NCBI GenBank assembly: GCA_976551045.1
Contig: CDPCPM010000011.1
Location: 8,122,001 to 8,186,000 of the forward strand
Length of the DNA stretch: 64,000 nt
Direction of reading: 5' to 3'
Source of the DNA: Glaucostegus cemiculus
Taxonomy: Eukaryota
Shown here: positions 1 to 12,805 of the stretch, one piece after another
How positions within the stretch are numbered: position 1 is the stretch's first letter
Layout: each line of letters opens with the position of its first letter
The notes under the pieces: generated by a model
Told to the model about the DNA's origin: nothing
Seen by the model: the letters and a program-made list of their open reading frames with translations, nothing else
Databases searched by the model: none
Made by a program: the position numbers and the translations under genes

Positions 1-754
1 AGAAAACAAATTGGTGCAAAGATGCAGATCTGCGAGGATTACATCTGGCAGCAGACCATCTTAAACACTGCTAATACATTAAAATGCTTTCACCCACGTG
101 TAGAAAAAACAAATTTGTCGTTCCAGAAATGATGAGTGGTCACGGAAAATGTTAAGTCTCAATTTTTGAAGGGGCCATAAAAGGCACTGTAAAACTATGA
201 TATAAAACAAATGAAGATCTAAATAGGTTTCCTTTTTAATTCAGGAGATGTAAATCGAGGGATAAATATTCAATAGGTTATTGGAAAGAATTCTCTGCTC
301 TTCAAAATAACATTTTCATCTATCTGTGAGGATGGACAAATCTTTGAAAAATATATACTGCCTGCAGTACAGTACTCTCTCTCTATGATCCTGGAGTATC
401 ATCCTGAACTTTATACCCAAGTCTTTGTAATGGGAATTGAAGATAAACTAATAACACTCAAGTCAGGAAGTTGCATGTTCTTAAGAGGCAATACAATCAT
501 TTAAAAAAAATCACAAGAGTATTATAACTTTATAAAACAGCATGTTAGATACACACATAGTTTAATATGGATATGAAGTTGGTGAGTACATTTATTTTCT
601 AATTTTGCAGAACTTCAGATTATGAAGACTGTTAGTTATAACTGGAACCTACATCTCCCTTTCAAAAACAATCTGAAGTAGGGTTTTGCTCCATTTTGAA
701 AACCAGTTAACAGAATGCTTTTAAAACACTTTTATAAAAAATGTTTTGAAGGGT

Positions 755-830
755 CAATGGATGCCAATTAACTGGAGCAGACTCGATGGGCCGACTGGCC
801 TGCTTCTGCTCCATTAACTTGTGATCTTGC
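755..830 (+). mobile_element. CR1-type LINE/SINE 3' tail fragment
   Basis: GATGGGCCGACTGGCCTGCTTCTGCTCC resembles the CR1 3' end seen at 61940-61980. Confidence 0.6.
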
Positions 831-1035
831 GAACATTCCAGAGTCTATGACTCTAGCCTCAAAACTCAAGTGAATATTAAGTATCTTTTTTGTAAATCCA
901 AGTGTGTGAAACAGCATAATTTTCATTCAGATCGACTGAATTTGGAAACTTCAGTTGCAATGATGTTTAAACTTCTGTCGTCAATGAAATAGACAAGCTG
1001 AGGTTACTTTCATATTACAAATGAATGCTTCATAC

Positions 1036-1106
1036 CTGGGGTGTTAAATTTCGCAGAACCAACCAGCTATTATTCCTCCCAGAGCTATCCGTGCTCCAAG
1101 CAGAAC
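1036..1106 (-). CDS. TNRC6C: TNRC6C exon (71 nt, phase 1-0): SSAWSTDSSGRNNSWLVLRNLTPQ, start of RRM
   Basis: ATTAG|GT ... CAG|GTATGA. WLVLRNL is the first RRM strand. Confidence 0.95.
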
Positions 1107-1729
1107 CTAATATGAACAAAACAAACAGGGTAATAACATTTATGTTTGAATTCAAACTCATTTATTTACACTTAAATAGAGAGGTTATACCATTCTTCAA
1201 AAATACGTCATTTATATTTTGGTTGCATCTAAAACTGCCATCAAGCAAATTGTTACTTCAGCTTAATAGAAATGTGATGATTTCTCAGTTCTTTCTATAA
1301 TAGGCGAACAAAGGAAATGGCACGTGTAACTGAAGTACAAATGCAATAATGGGAAATCAATCGCAAGTTTTGTTAATTCAATTTCATATTTATAAAGGTA
1401 TAATTAACCAAAGCTATTTATTCTTTAAATGAGAGAACCATATTCAACTATCTTTGAATAAATGTAGAAAGAAAAATGCACACTGGCAAGAGGATAGGTG
1501 CACTGTTATCAGTATTTATTTGAAAAACTATCATACACCATCAGTTCATTAAATTTGATAATACATGCAGTTGTATTTAGTCTGTTCTCTGGCTCTGGAT
1601 TTCTGTTTTCTATAAACAGAAACACCTGATCTTTCATTTTCTGCTTCAAATTATGAACAAATTGCAGCATCATCTGAATTAATCTCAAAGGAATTAACAT
1701 AGAAGACAATAACAAAAGTTACATCTTAC

Positions 1730-1930
1730 TGGAGGAATAAGAACTTGGCCAGCTTGAGACAAGTCCTAGTGAACTGACACCCCATGATGGAGATGGCTTG
1801 GTATTTGTCAGGCCTGGTGGAGGCCTAGTGTTTTTGGATCCTAGCGGCACTTTCCACAATTCATGCGATAGTGGTGCTTGAGATTGAGCAATGGGTCCAG
1901 GTGACCAAGTAGATTTATCTGTCAGTTTAG
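1730..1930 (-). CDS. TNRC6C: TNRC6C exon (201 nt, phase 1-1): AKLTDKSTWSPGP...HELWKVPLGSKNTRPPPGL...YSS, P-GL motif
   Basis: TTTCAG|CT ... TCCA|GTAAGA. Confidence 0.95.
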
Positions 1931-3649
1931 CTGAAATATAGGCAAAACATTTTTCTTAGTCAAAAAGCAACAAGTTAAATGAACATTTTGATTTCAGGTA
2001 TATTACATTTCAAAACTGAAAATGCTCAAAGTACGAAACTCTTTTGGAACATACAAACTTCAATCACATATTTCTATTACAGAATGAAGACCAACATCAT
2101 GGAACATATTGTCATACAAATGTCTGAAAGTTACTGCATTTCAACATGTTAGAAAGGCATCTGTTAGTTACTGTGGCTTTTACCACAATCAGTCCAAGAC
2201 CTCTCACCGCTGTGACCTCATATGACCAGTGAACCAATGCAAAAAATTCAAAACTCCTTTTCAATTGATAACTTGTCATTTACAGAAATAATGTGACATG
2301 TGAATGCTTACATTTATACGCCCTTGTATCCATCAGAATTTTTTGGGGGCAAGTTGAATCAAGTTTTCAGATTGATTCAATTTTCCATCAAAAAAAATGA
2401 TCAGAATAATAAGTTTAGTAAAATATAGACTAGCACACGTGAAGTTTCCAAAGTCAGAACATTAGGAGTTAATGATGCCAATGTTACTCTGCCCCAGAAA
2501 CAATACACATCCATATTTTTGAATTGCTCACACGTTTCACCATTAAATAACAACTCTGGTCACTCCAAAGTCAACAACTCCAAAATAAAAATATTCATAA
2601 ATGGGCAACTTAAACTTTTGTGTTAATCCACACATAAGAATTCATTATTTTGCAGCACTATTTCTCTCATTAAACTTTGTAGATAAGCCACTAAGTACAT
2701 TTTCATACAGACAGTCAGACTTCAATGCCACTTAGATACACTGTATTCTGACTTCAAGAGGAATTTTGAAAATTATACAAGATAATGAGGGTGTGAATTG
2801 AACCAAAAAGGTTTGAGTACTCACTGAGAATAACTACTTGTAACCCTATAATCTTTTCCAGCAAGGAGCCTCATCACCCATGAGTGCACAACAGGGATTC
2901 ACACATTCGTTCTGCTGGATAGCCAATAAAGAATCATGCAAGCAAATCATCACTACTCCTGCTTATAAACAAACTTTTTCCATTGAGAGCATGATTTCAT
3001 AAAGTTGATCTGTATACTATCCTCAAATTGTAGGAATGTTTTTCATGCACCACGTCTTCCTTCACAATCCAGCAATTTGACCTTCTTAATGTTCTACCCA
3101 ATTGAAACTTCCAATGAATGGTTTTCGAAATATTTTTCATGACCCACAATGTGGTATAGTCCAACTTCAGAAAAACAAGGTTTACAACACAAACTACTGA
3201 AAATGAGCAAATTATAATATTTTAACACTCTTGCATGTAGTCTTTTCAACTTGCCTAATTTGAGAGAGGATATGACAGAATGGATGGAAAGATGCTGACA
3301 TATACAGTATCAAATGAATGGTGGTGTGTATTTAAAAGATGCAAGGCACAAAGAATAATTTGTGCAAGAGCATACAAAAAGATGGGAAAGTTGGAGTTTG
3401 TTGGGATATGATAAATGTGAGAAGAAAGGAGGCAAATACGTGACAAAGAAGAAAATGCACAAGATCAAATGTGCACTGGAGAACATGAGGATGGAGAGAA
3501 AGGGGTGCATGTGGGCAGAGGTAGAAAGTGATAATAAAAATGTATTCATTCTCAAAATTGATAGCTATATTTGTACAGTTAGTTATTTTAGTGTATGAGA
3601 CAAGATACTGTGATAAACATCAGAAAACAAGCTAGCGAAACTGCCAGCA

Positions 3650-3770
3650 CAAGAGACTGCAAATGTTGAAATCTGGAGGAAAAACAAATTGCAGGAAGAA
3701 CTCAGCAAGTTGAGCAGCATCTGTGGTGGAGAAGGACTTTACAGTGTTTCAGGTCAAGACCCTGCAAAAG
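3650..3770 (-). mobile_element. Penelope pLTR-like fragment
   Basis: Reverse-complement similarity to 5225-5325 (AACTCAGCAAGTTGAGCAGCATCTGTGG ... GTTTCAGGTC). Confidence 0.65.
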
Positions 3771-4599
3771 TGCTAGCTGATACACATAACCATTCCATGT
3801 TTGGGTCTAAATTTGCATAAATACCAGAGAAAATTTGCTTGCTTTTCCTGTATTGAAATTTTAAAATGAATAAGAAAAATGATGAAACCTGACATTTATC
3901 TGTAATTTATATTTGCAAAGCTAGAGGAATACTTAAAGCAAAGAAATCACATTTACAGCACAAGAGGTTGACAAATGGGTCACTATTCCAGTGCCAGCAT
4001 TTCACTTCATCTTGTCATATGCATATGCAAATTTCTTTAATCAAATCATTGTGCATCAAAAGCTATTTACAATTTGTGCTGATTGCCTTAAATTAACCCA
4101 ATAGCAGAGAAGCAGGGCATTTACCCAGAGAAGCTTCTTTCCCATCAATATTACCCCATTCTGCAGTTCCCAGTATCACATTATTTTCTTCCTCACATCC
4201 ACACAAAATTCTCAAATGCATCATTGTCAACCACTTCATGTAGCAATGAACTTTGCCTTCTGTTCAAACTCATCAACTCTGGTCCCTGTTTGAATGGATT
4301 AACTGGTACTGCTGCAGAGGGTTGATTTTTGACCACTGACAGCTTATCATTGTCAAAAGTACTAATGCATTAGGCAAGGACGAGGTGTCTCCAAAATGTC
4401 TTTCCTTCCTGAACTGTGTTTCTTTTTCCAGCAGAGCAAACAGAGCCCTCAACCACACCTGTGCTCACCTTATCTTCCTGGATAAAGCAAAGACCAGAGT
4501 TCACTGGTCCTTGCCACTCCATTGAACCTTTGCAAATTCCACCAGCTCTACCAGACATGTATTCTCCAAAAGACATATTCTCCACTAACCAGTTCTCAT

Positions 4600-5325
4600 C
4601 TTGAGGCACTTTCCATACAAATGAAGGAGATGCACACCTGTCATTTCCGCTCTTCCCTTCCCACCAAGGTGGAGCAGCAATTCATCTGCTCTTCTTCCAA
4701 CCTAGTCCATTGCATTCAGTGTTCACAATGCAATCTCCTCTACATAGGATAAACCAAACACAGATTGGGTGATCACTTAACAGTGTGCCTGCATTCAGTC
4801 CGCAGGAGTGAAATGAGCTTCCGGATGCCTGTCACTTAAATTCTCCATCCCACTCTTTCTCGGACTTTTGTCTGTGGCCTCTTGAACTGTAACAATAAGG
4901 CTCAATACAAGCTTGAGGAACAACATCTCATCTTCTTTCTGTCATATTGCAGCCTTTTGGACTCCATTTCGATATTCTCCAGCTCTAATACTTTACTTTT
5001 TATGTCTATATTAGAAATGGCCATTTCTGCTGCAAGTTACCCATTTGTGATATTGAGCCAGATTTACTGGGCTTGTCCCACAACTTTGCTTTTAGCATCA
5101 TACAACACAGGCAATGAAGCAAAAAACCTTCCAACTGTCGCGTTAACCTATTTAACCTGGTCTTATCATGAATTCTCCTTCGCCCTACTTAAAATTAGCC
5201 TTTCTTCTGTAAAAATAGAATCTTTCCCAGTCCTGATGAAGGGTCTCCAACCTGAAATTTTAACTGTTTCTCTTTCGACAGATGCTGCCTGCCCTGCTGA
5301 GTGTTACCAGCATTTTCTGTTTTTA
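4600..5325 (+). mobile_element. Decayed Penelope-like retroelement 3' portion: GIY-YIG endonuclease remnant plus pLTR
   Basis: Translation FICSSSNLVHCIQCSQCNLLYIG*TK is the GIY-YIG signature, followed by KLEEQHLIF. The pLTR carries CTGATGA...GAAA. Confidence 0.85.
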
Positions 5326-6079
5326 TAATAGGCAGGCAACTAGTGAGCTCAACCAGGCAGACTTTAATCAACATGTGTTAAGAAAATGTGTTAACATGTT
5401 TACTACATGTAAACTACATGTTTACTACAGTTTTCCATAGGCCAAAAATCCTTCCAAGAGTAGCATGACCAGAACTTATGATTTGTCAGTTATAGATTGC
5501 TTGCAGCACATATATAACAATTCTTTATCTTTTACAACCATACCAATTGGATACTTCTTGGCTTCAGCAATTTATCCGAATTCTAGAATCTCTGCTCCCT
5601 CTTGTTAAGAGTCTAACTGCTTATGGTATATCATTGCTTTCAATGTTCTTCACTGAATTGCATCTTCAATTCTGCTAATTATTTTCTGATTGACCTATTT
5701 CCTTTGAAAGGCAAGCTGGGCCTTGACAATTCATTCCACCCATTTCCCCTAGATAACATTATAGGTTTCTTTTGATTATGCATGTTGACCTTTCTTTGCC
5801 CTGCCTTCACTGGTTAAACAATTTTACAAACACCAGCAAGTTAGTGAATTGTTAGTCAGATTGTGCCAACTAGGAACTGCAGTGAGGCTGCCAGGAGCTA
5901 ATGAAACAGAACTGAGGCTTTTAAGCAAACTGTACAAGCAGTCTTCCTTGTCATTCCGTTTTTCATTCAGTTCTGTTTTCAAAAAGTCTGAAAATGAGAC
6001 CACAGAATGATGTTCAACAAGCAAAGGTATTAACAATCTTGTATCCATAATGGCTAGTCAATGGACAATTTACTTTTCA

Positions 6080-6720
6080 GTCAGTCATAGATTCATACAG
6101 CGCAGAAACAGGCTCTTTCCATACCAATCCCATTTATTAACACATGATTCATAGCCTTCCATGTCTTGTCAATTCAAGTGCTTGTCTACATACTAGAATG
6201 TTGTGAGAATATCCTTCATCAGCACATTCCAGACTCCACACACCCTCTGGGAGAATATTTTCTGTCAGATCCCCTCTAAACCTTTTCTACACCCTCTAGT
6301 TTTAGGAAGTAAAGTTGCTTACTATCTACTATATCCATGGCCCTCAATGTTGCACATCTCAAATAGGTTTCCTGTCAGCCTTCTCCATTCCAAGGAAAAC
6401 AAACTTGCCTATCTCGTCTCTTCACATAGCTAAAATGGCCTACTGCTGAAAAGACAGTATTTTGGTGAATTTCCTCTAAATCCTTTCCAGTTGTTATCAT
6501 GTCCTTCCTATAGCATGGTACTCCAGTTATGGCCTAACCAATGTTTTATAAAGTTGTACCATAACCATGCTGCTCTTATATTCAACGTCTTGGCTAACTC
6601 TGTGTGCCTTCTTCACCACCTGATATTCCTGTGCTGTCACCTTCAGGGATCCTTGGACCTGTATGAAGAGGTCCATCAATACATCATTGGGCTCCATCAT
6701 TCATCGTCTATGTTCCACCC
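6080..6720 (-). mobile_element. Decayed CR1-type LINE 3' fragment
   Basis: CATAGATTCATACAGCGCAGAAACAGGC, ACATTCCAGACTCCACACACCCTCTGG and TCTCCATTCCAAGGAAAACAA are reverse complements of CR1 3' motifs. Confidence 0.75.
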
Positions 6721-8032
6721 TGATTAGTCTTTCCATTGTCATCTTATTTCAATTTGTACGCTTGAAGCTTTTGGTTCTATGCCGATTTGTAAAATATTTG
6801 CAGAGCCTAATTATAGCTGCAACATATGCAATATTTCCCCTCAATTCTTTAATTATCACTTTACAGGTATATGAAGAATGGCAAAATAATTTTTTAGAAC
6901 CTGATAATTTTGAAACATTTGTATCTTGAGGAAGTACACTACTATAATATTCACACATTTGTTTTGCACCTTTTACAATTAAATTCCATCTGCAGAGAGG
7001 AAAAACCGATGGATCGAATCGGAGGGCCTCCTTCAAATTTATTAACTAAATGAAATATAGAAGGGACAAATGATGAGAATCAACCATCCAAGTTATCACA
7101 TGGAGAGGATAGCTTCTAGCATTCTCAAAATACCAGTACATATGTTTTGTGCATTTTGTCAACATTCTCAGCACTAAATCAAAAACAAATGTTTGAATAT
7201 TATAAGTTGGGGTTATTGCCTGAAGCTACGAATGTTCCAATATTGCCAGATTCTAAACTATTTTTTCTAAGCTTGGGATGAAAAATATTTCACCTTTCAT
7301 GTAGAATTATACAGAATGTGAACGGGCCCTTTGGCCCAACTCATTCGTGCCTACTAAGTTGTTTACCATATACTAGTAAACAAAAGTGACAATTTTATGT
7401 AATTGATGAAATGAGTGAATAGCTGTTTGCGAATTTTGTGGCTGTAATTAGGGTTTGCAAAAGTTTTTCAATTTTGTAAATCAGCATACAGAATTGAAAG
7501 ATTTAAGAATACAAACTGGAATCCTTAAGTGAAATGAGATGAACTTCTTATTCCCAATTTCATCTTGAATTCCACTTGGGCATCAATCACTGCAGTTTTG
7601 AAGAGGAATGAAGAAAAGCAAGCATTCAACATGGGGAAACAAAAATGTGCTTGGGTAAAGCAAGTCAAACAATGTTAAACTAAATTCAAAAGGAATAATA
7701 CAGAATACTTTCAATAAATTAAAAAAATTATGTTCTTCACTGGCCTCTCCCCTACTTTCATGATGTTACAAGGAAGAACAGGGAAATTACATAGCTCCCA
7801 GTCAAATACAGGAAGAGGAATTTTTAAATAACCAATCAAAAAGTAAGCACATAGAAAGGAACAGTGCTCATCTGTTTAATTGTACTCCATCACCAATTTT
7901 ATAGGTCCAATCAGTGCACAAACCAACATATAGATGGTGCATTTTTCATTCATTTTTTGACTGTTACAATCCTCCTCCTTTTCTATGGAGAATTTTTGGT
8001 CTGATCAGCAATTGAAGCAAAAGGACCCCTAC

Positions 8033-8146
8033 CTGCAGGATTAGGTGCAGATGTAGAGCTGCTGAAAGAGCTAGTGTAGCCAGAGGCACTGAAGGACCAG
8101 GCACTAGATGAAGGCAGCGTGGCGTTCTGAGATGTTGGGGATGACC
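8033..8146 (-). CDS. TNRC6C: TNRC6C exon (114 nt, phase 1-1), probably a cassette: GSSPTSQNATLPSSSAWSFSASGYTSSFSSSTSAPNPA
   Basis: TTATGCAG|GG ... GCAG|GTAGGG. Matches the isoform-specific insert I recall from human TNRC6C (SQNATLPSSSAWP). Confidence 0.88.
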
Positions 8147-10195
8147 CTGCATAAACAGCAAAAAAGCAACTAAAGAAATGGAAAATGATTTAAATTAAAT
8201 CTTAAGGTGATTGTCCCATTTGTTGCCTTTTGCCGTGGAAAAAGTCTGAGAAAAACAAAGTAATGGGGTGGGGATGATGTTCAGTGATCACATATTATTG
8301 CTCAAATTCAACTTCGAGGAATGCAAAGTTTAAAGCACTTCAGGTTTAACTATAATCTCTTTATGTTTGTGAAAATGCAGAACAACAGAATCATTAAAAA
8401 TACCTAATCCATTCCATTTGTCTGAATTGCTAATGCAAGCTCACCATTGAACCTGCCTTGCTGTTATAGATGTATGTGAAAGATCCTAGAAATTGTTTGG
8501 TAAATCGAAAAATATTTGTATTTTGGAACTTCTCGCTACATTCTACTTAACTATGCAGTTACTGACAAGTTGTTGCTCTTTGAAGAGCTGCATGGATTAA
8601 GGTAAAAGTAAATATGCACAAAGGAAAAGTGCCAGGGAGTGGCAACGAGCAACTCAAAACATCATCAAATGGTGAAAGTGAGCAAGGCAAGTAGAACACA
8701 GAGCCGGAGTACACTGTACCTTAGTGCACAGGATGCTTTCCTCCAGGATCGAGAAAATTAATAGCTTCAGTATTGAAAGGGGTCATTGTGTATCTACTAA
8801 CAGCGCTGGCACAAACCCCTCCTCTCTCCACTGCTGCACCAAGAACCTGGCAGGAATTTTACAATGACTTCCCTCACAGTTCAGGTGGAAAGGCTGTATG
8901 CGAGAACTGGGATAAAAGATGTAGCTGCTCAGAAATAAATTGAGAGTCTCTTAGCTGCACCAGTGCTCAAATGATCGTTGCAGCTCATTGAGCTTGTTAC
9001 TGCAGAGAAAGCTCCGGACTAGGGAGCTGAGCAGCCAAAGTAGGGGAGACAGCAGCTTCAATCACATCCAACAGGAGGAGGTAATGACACAGACCATTGG
9101 AGCTGGGTGGCCTTTCAACACATGGAACAACTGCAGTTGGTCCCCCACAATGGCATACAGTTCCTATGCTGGCCCGGGTGCACTCTAACCCCACGCCTCA
9201 GCAAAAAGCAGGTGCACCACTTGCTCTGGGCCAACACATTCCTAAAAGCAGACACTCCATCCCAAGGTGCAGAGCAATTTATTGTTGGGGAGTGCCTGCA
9301 GAGGGCAGGATTTCATGCCAGGTTCCGGTCAGAGCAAAGTGCACAGCCTGAGCAGACAGTCTTTTAAAGTACAGTGGGGTATATACCTATGAGTGTTCAG
9401 ACTCCAGAACAAAGAGCTCTATAACAAATTAGCACTCTGTGGGGCAGCACTAGGTAGTGTACCAGTGTATAAAGTGCAACATCCTTCTAAACAACATGCA
9501 GCATTACAATTTCCTTAGATAAGTGTTTAAGTATTCCTACAACACAAATCATTTTATAAATACATAAAGTGAACAAAAGCTATTAGAACAGAAACAGGGC
9601 ATGTGCCCCTTGAGTACACCATAATACAATGATTATAGCTGATATTCCACTTCAATTTCACTGTCTTGTCATGTAGCAGACGTCAACCTGGAAACCATAG
9701 CTTACATCTAAGGACATTTATGACCACGCTTTTGAAACAGGGTAACTTAAACCACTCTTCAATACATTTGAAAATTAGTCTCGTCCTCACAGTACAGGAA
9801 TAGTACATGTTTATTTTGCCTCTCAAGCTTGTTCTGCCATTCAATGGAATTATGGCTGATTTAAGGCTTCAAACCATACATCTGTAATGTCCCCATATTC
9901 CTCACTTTTTTGTTTATGTATTAACCACCTCAGGTTAACAGTTTGTATGCAGATTACTTCAGCATAATGATTTAAGAAAAGTAAATTCACCAAATTACAT
10001 ACAGATACATTTAATAGTTTTAAAACCTGATGAAATAGATTGAAAGTAAAATTTTGATGCAAGAGATGATAACATGCATCTTCTTGTAGCCTCATTCCAC
10101 ACAAGAAGAGCATTTGTTTCACACTTTATTTCTCAAGAAACAAAAGGTAGTTTCCTTGTGCATATTATTGCATTGTGTATATTCTGCTTTCTTAC

Positions 10196-10345
10196 CTCCA
10201 CTCCTGTCCCTGAGCAGATAGCGATCCACATCCCGGATAGTAGTATTGATGGAAGGTCCGCTTGGGACACTTCCAGGTGTAACATTAGGGTCAGTCTCAG
10301 GGTCGATATTCTGAAGTCCTTTCCATGGCTCCCCAGGCCGAAATT
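10196..10345 (-). CDS. TNRC6C: TNRC6C exon (150 nt, phase 1-1): [27 protein letters not shown]...DRSG, PAM2 core (PABP-binding)
   Basis: GCTGAAG|AA ... GGAG|GTAAGA. Confidence 0.95.
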
Positions 10346-12613
10346 CTTCAGCAGTTAGAAAGTAGGCAGTAGAACAGTAAATTACTTTCAGTAGTGTTGT
10401 AGACATACAAATTACTGCTTAATTGGAAAATTTTGTTTAATGTTTTGAAAGAACTATAAAACTAAATGTTAAATCAATTTTACTTCTTGTACATTTTATT
10501 TTATCCCAACCTGAAGGCATCGGCTCCTTGCTGGGGTACAGTCCAACAACTACAAGTTATTTTTTTGAAACTTCCCAAGAAAATTCATTGAGACTTATTT
10601 ACATAAGCTGCAATGGTTAATGTTGCCAGGCTTTTTAAACATGGAGCATAAAAAACAATCCTGACTCAGTTTAACCCCAATGTGCATAAGAATACAACCA
10701 GCAGCGATCACTGCATAGCTATCAGGAGAAAAAAAACGTTCCTGATTCCCTGCTCCTTGAACAGAAGCATTGAAGCCAACTGCCACATCAGAGATCAAGT
10801 CAACAGAGACCAGCGACAGAAGCCGCAACTACCCCATGTGCACTGCTCTGTAGTTATAAGATCGCGATGTAAAGTTAAACTGGGAATGAGGTGACCGATA
10901 ATGGCATTTTGAAATACTACGCAATGTGGTTCTTATTACAAAGCTATTAAGTCTCATGCTATATATTCATATTTTTGGAAAAGGCTTAAATTATTTCAAC
11001 ACATTTAACCACGACTAAACATGTGAGATGTTTTATTTAATTTAGGTCCTGAAACCTGGCCGAAATATTAGATTTAACAGATAGTGCTAATTTTTTCCTG
11101 ATAGTATGGAACCAAAGCTTCTGCTTTAGCAATGCTACTTTCTGTGCAAGATGCTGATAAAAACTTACTGATGGACAAGAACGTTTTGAATTTTTACCAT
11201 TAGTTTCTGCATAGTTTTACTATAAATGTCAATGAAATGTATAATCCCAAAATAAGTTGTGAAATGATTGTGTTATTTGGGACAAATAAAAGGCTGGACC
11301 ACACAATACTAATTTTGTGCTTGATAACAAAATACCTTCTCTAGGCTATTGTGCATACAATTAATATACTGAAAGGACCCAGATGAACTATTATTTTTGT
11401 TTTACACACATGGAAAAGTGATACCTCGAGAATGCTTGTCAAATTTAAAGATCTCCATTGCGATGGCTCCCAAAATGGCCCTCCAAACCAGAAACACCTG
11501 CATCCATCAGTTTTGCTAACTTATGGAAAGTATAGTCAATAATATTTTTAACTACAAGTCAGTCTTAACCATTACAATGAATCCTAATATATACAATGGT
11601 TACATTTCAAAACTATGTTCAACCAGCGGCTTTCTGAACAGAAATGCATCTTAATGTGCTTTACACACCATTTGCTTAGGTATTATCACATAATATATTT
11701 CAAACATCAAGGTTACACTATTACAATTGTGTTTTAACACTGGTAAAATAGCACTTTAAGATTTCCTTTAATTCCATATTGCAAGATCGAAAGAGCTGCT
11801 TATTGATTTTGCTTTCATAAAAGCAAAGTTGATAAGAAAATAAGCTAGGCTGTAATTGCATTAGAAGTAATAATGTGGGGCATTCAGACACAGTGTATTT
11901 AATAAACTAATTAATTCAAAAAAATGAATCCAACCACTTTTAGATTTATTAGGACAATAGATAAAACACTGCATCAAGCAAGCTTACCAGGACATGCTTA
12001 CTGCATATCTTGGTTTAGTTCCTCAAATTTAAAATGTCACAATGCCTGTTTCTTAATAAGTGCAATGGCATATCAATTTACTAAGAAAAATGAAACAGAT
12101 ATGCATGTGGAAATGTAAGCCAGTTGTAAATTTATATCCAGCATGCTCAATTTGGAAATATGCCCCAGCAAATGGCTGGATTCAAACCAGCAAATCAGCA
12201 GAGGATTTTTTCTCTTTTTTTTTTAAAAGAAACAGTTTTGTTGTGACGTGATTGCATGCACTGGAATCCCGAAGAGAACATCAGTCAAGACCAAAGCCAA
12301 AATGTTACACTGTTACTAAGCTAATTTCTCTGATATATTCCAGCTATGTCTTCAGAAATCTATACAATAATTATTGTCCAAACCAGGTCCTAAAGCATGG
12401 ATTAACCCCAAAGATATTAAAAAGGGGGAAAATTAATGACATATTTCTTATATTATTTGGCAATATTTGCACTAAATTAGAAAATCTATTTTGACACATT
12501 TGGCAGCTCTTTTCAATTTACTAGTTTCTCTCAATGTGTAATAAATATACAGGTCTCAGTTAAACACAACATTCTTAACACCTATTTTATTTTTGCCAAT
12601 CTTTGGGGTTTAC

Positions 12614-12805
12614 CTGGTGGCCAGTTAATGTTGGAGCCATTTGAGATCTTATCGGCAGGGGATTTGGCACGTGTCCAGCTATCACTGACTGGTACCGGTG
12701 GACTGGCTGGTGACTCACTGCTGGTTATCAGATCATATGGACTGTAGGAGTCCTCAAGGGAGGGCTTGCTTGTTGGACCAATATTGAGACCTCCAGGGAT
12801 AGCAC
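12614..12805 (-). CDS. TNRC6C: TNRC6C exon (192 nt, phase 1-1): GAIPGGLNIGP...DKISNGSNINWPP, first half of PAM2
   Basis: ATTCAG|GT ... CCAG|GTAAAC. Confidence 0.95.

Noticed and set aside
5365-5430. Short ACATGT/TACTAC repeats; similar micro-repeats at 44162-44190, 47405-47445 and 49883-49925
   Set aside because: Local slippage or repair duplications; no regular repeat-spacer structure, so not CRISPR-like.
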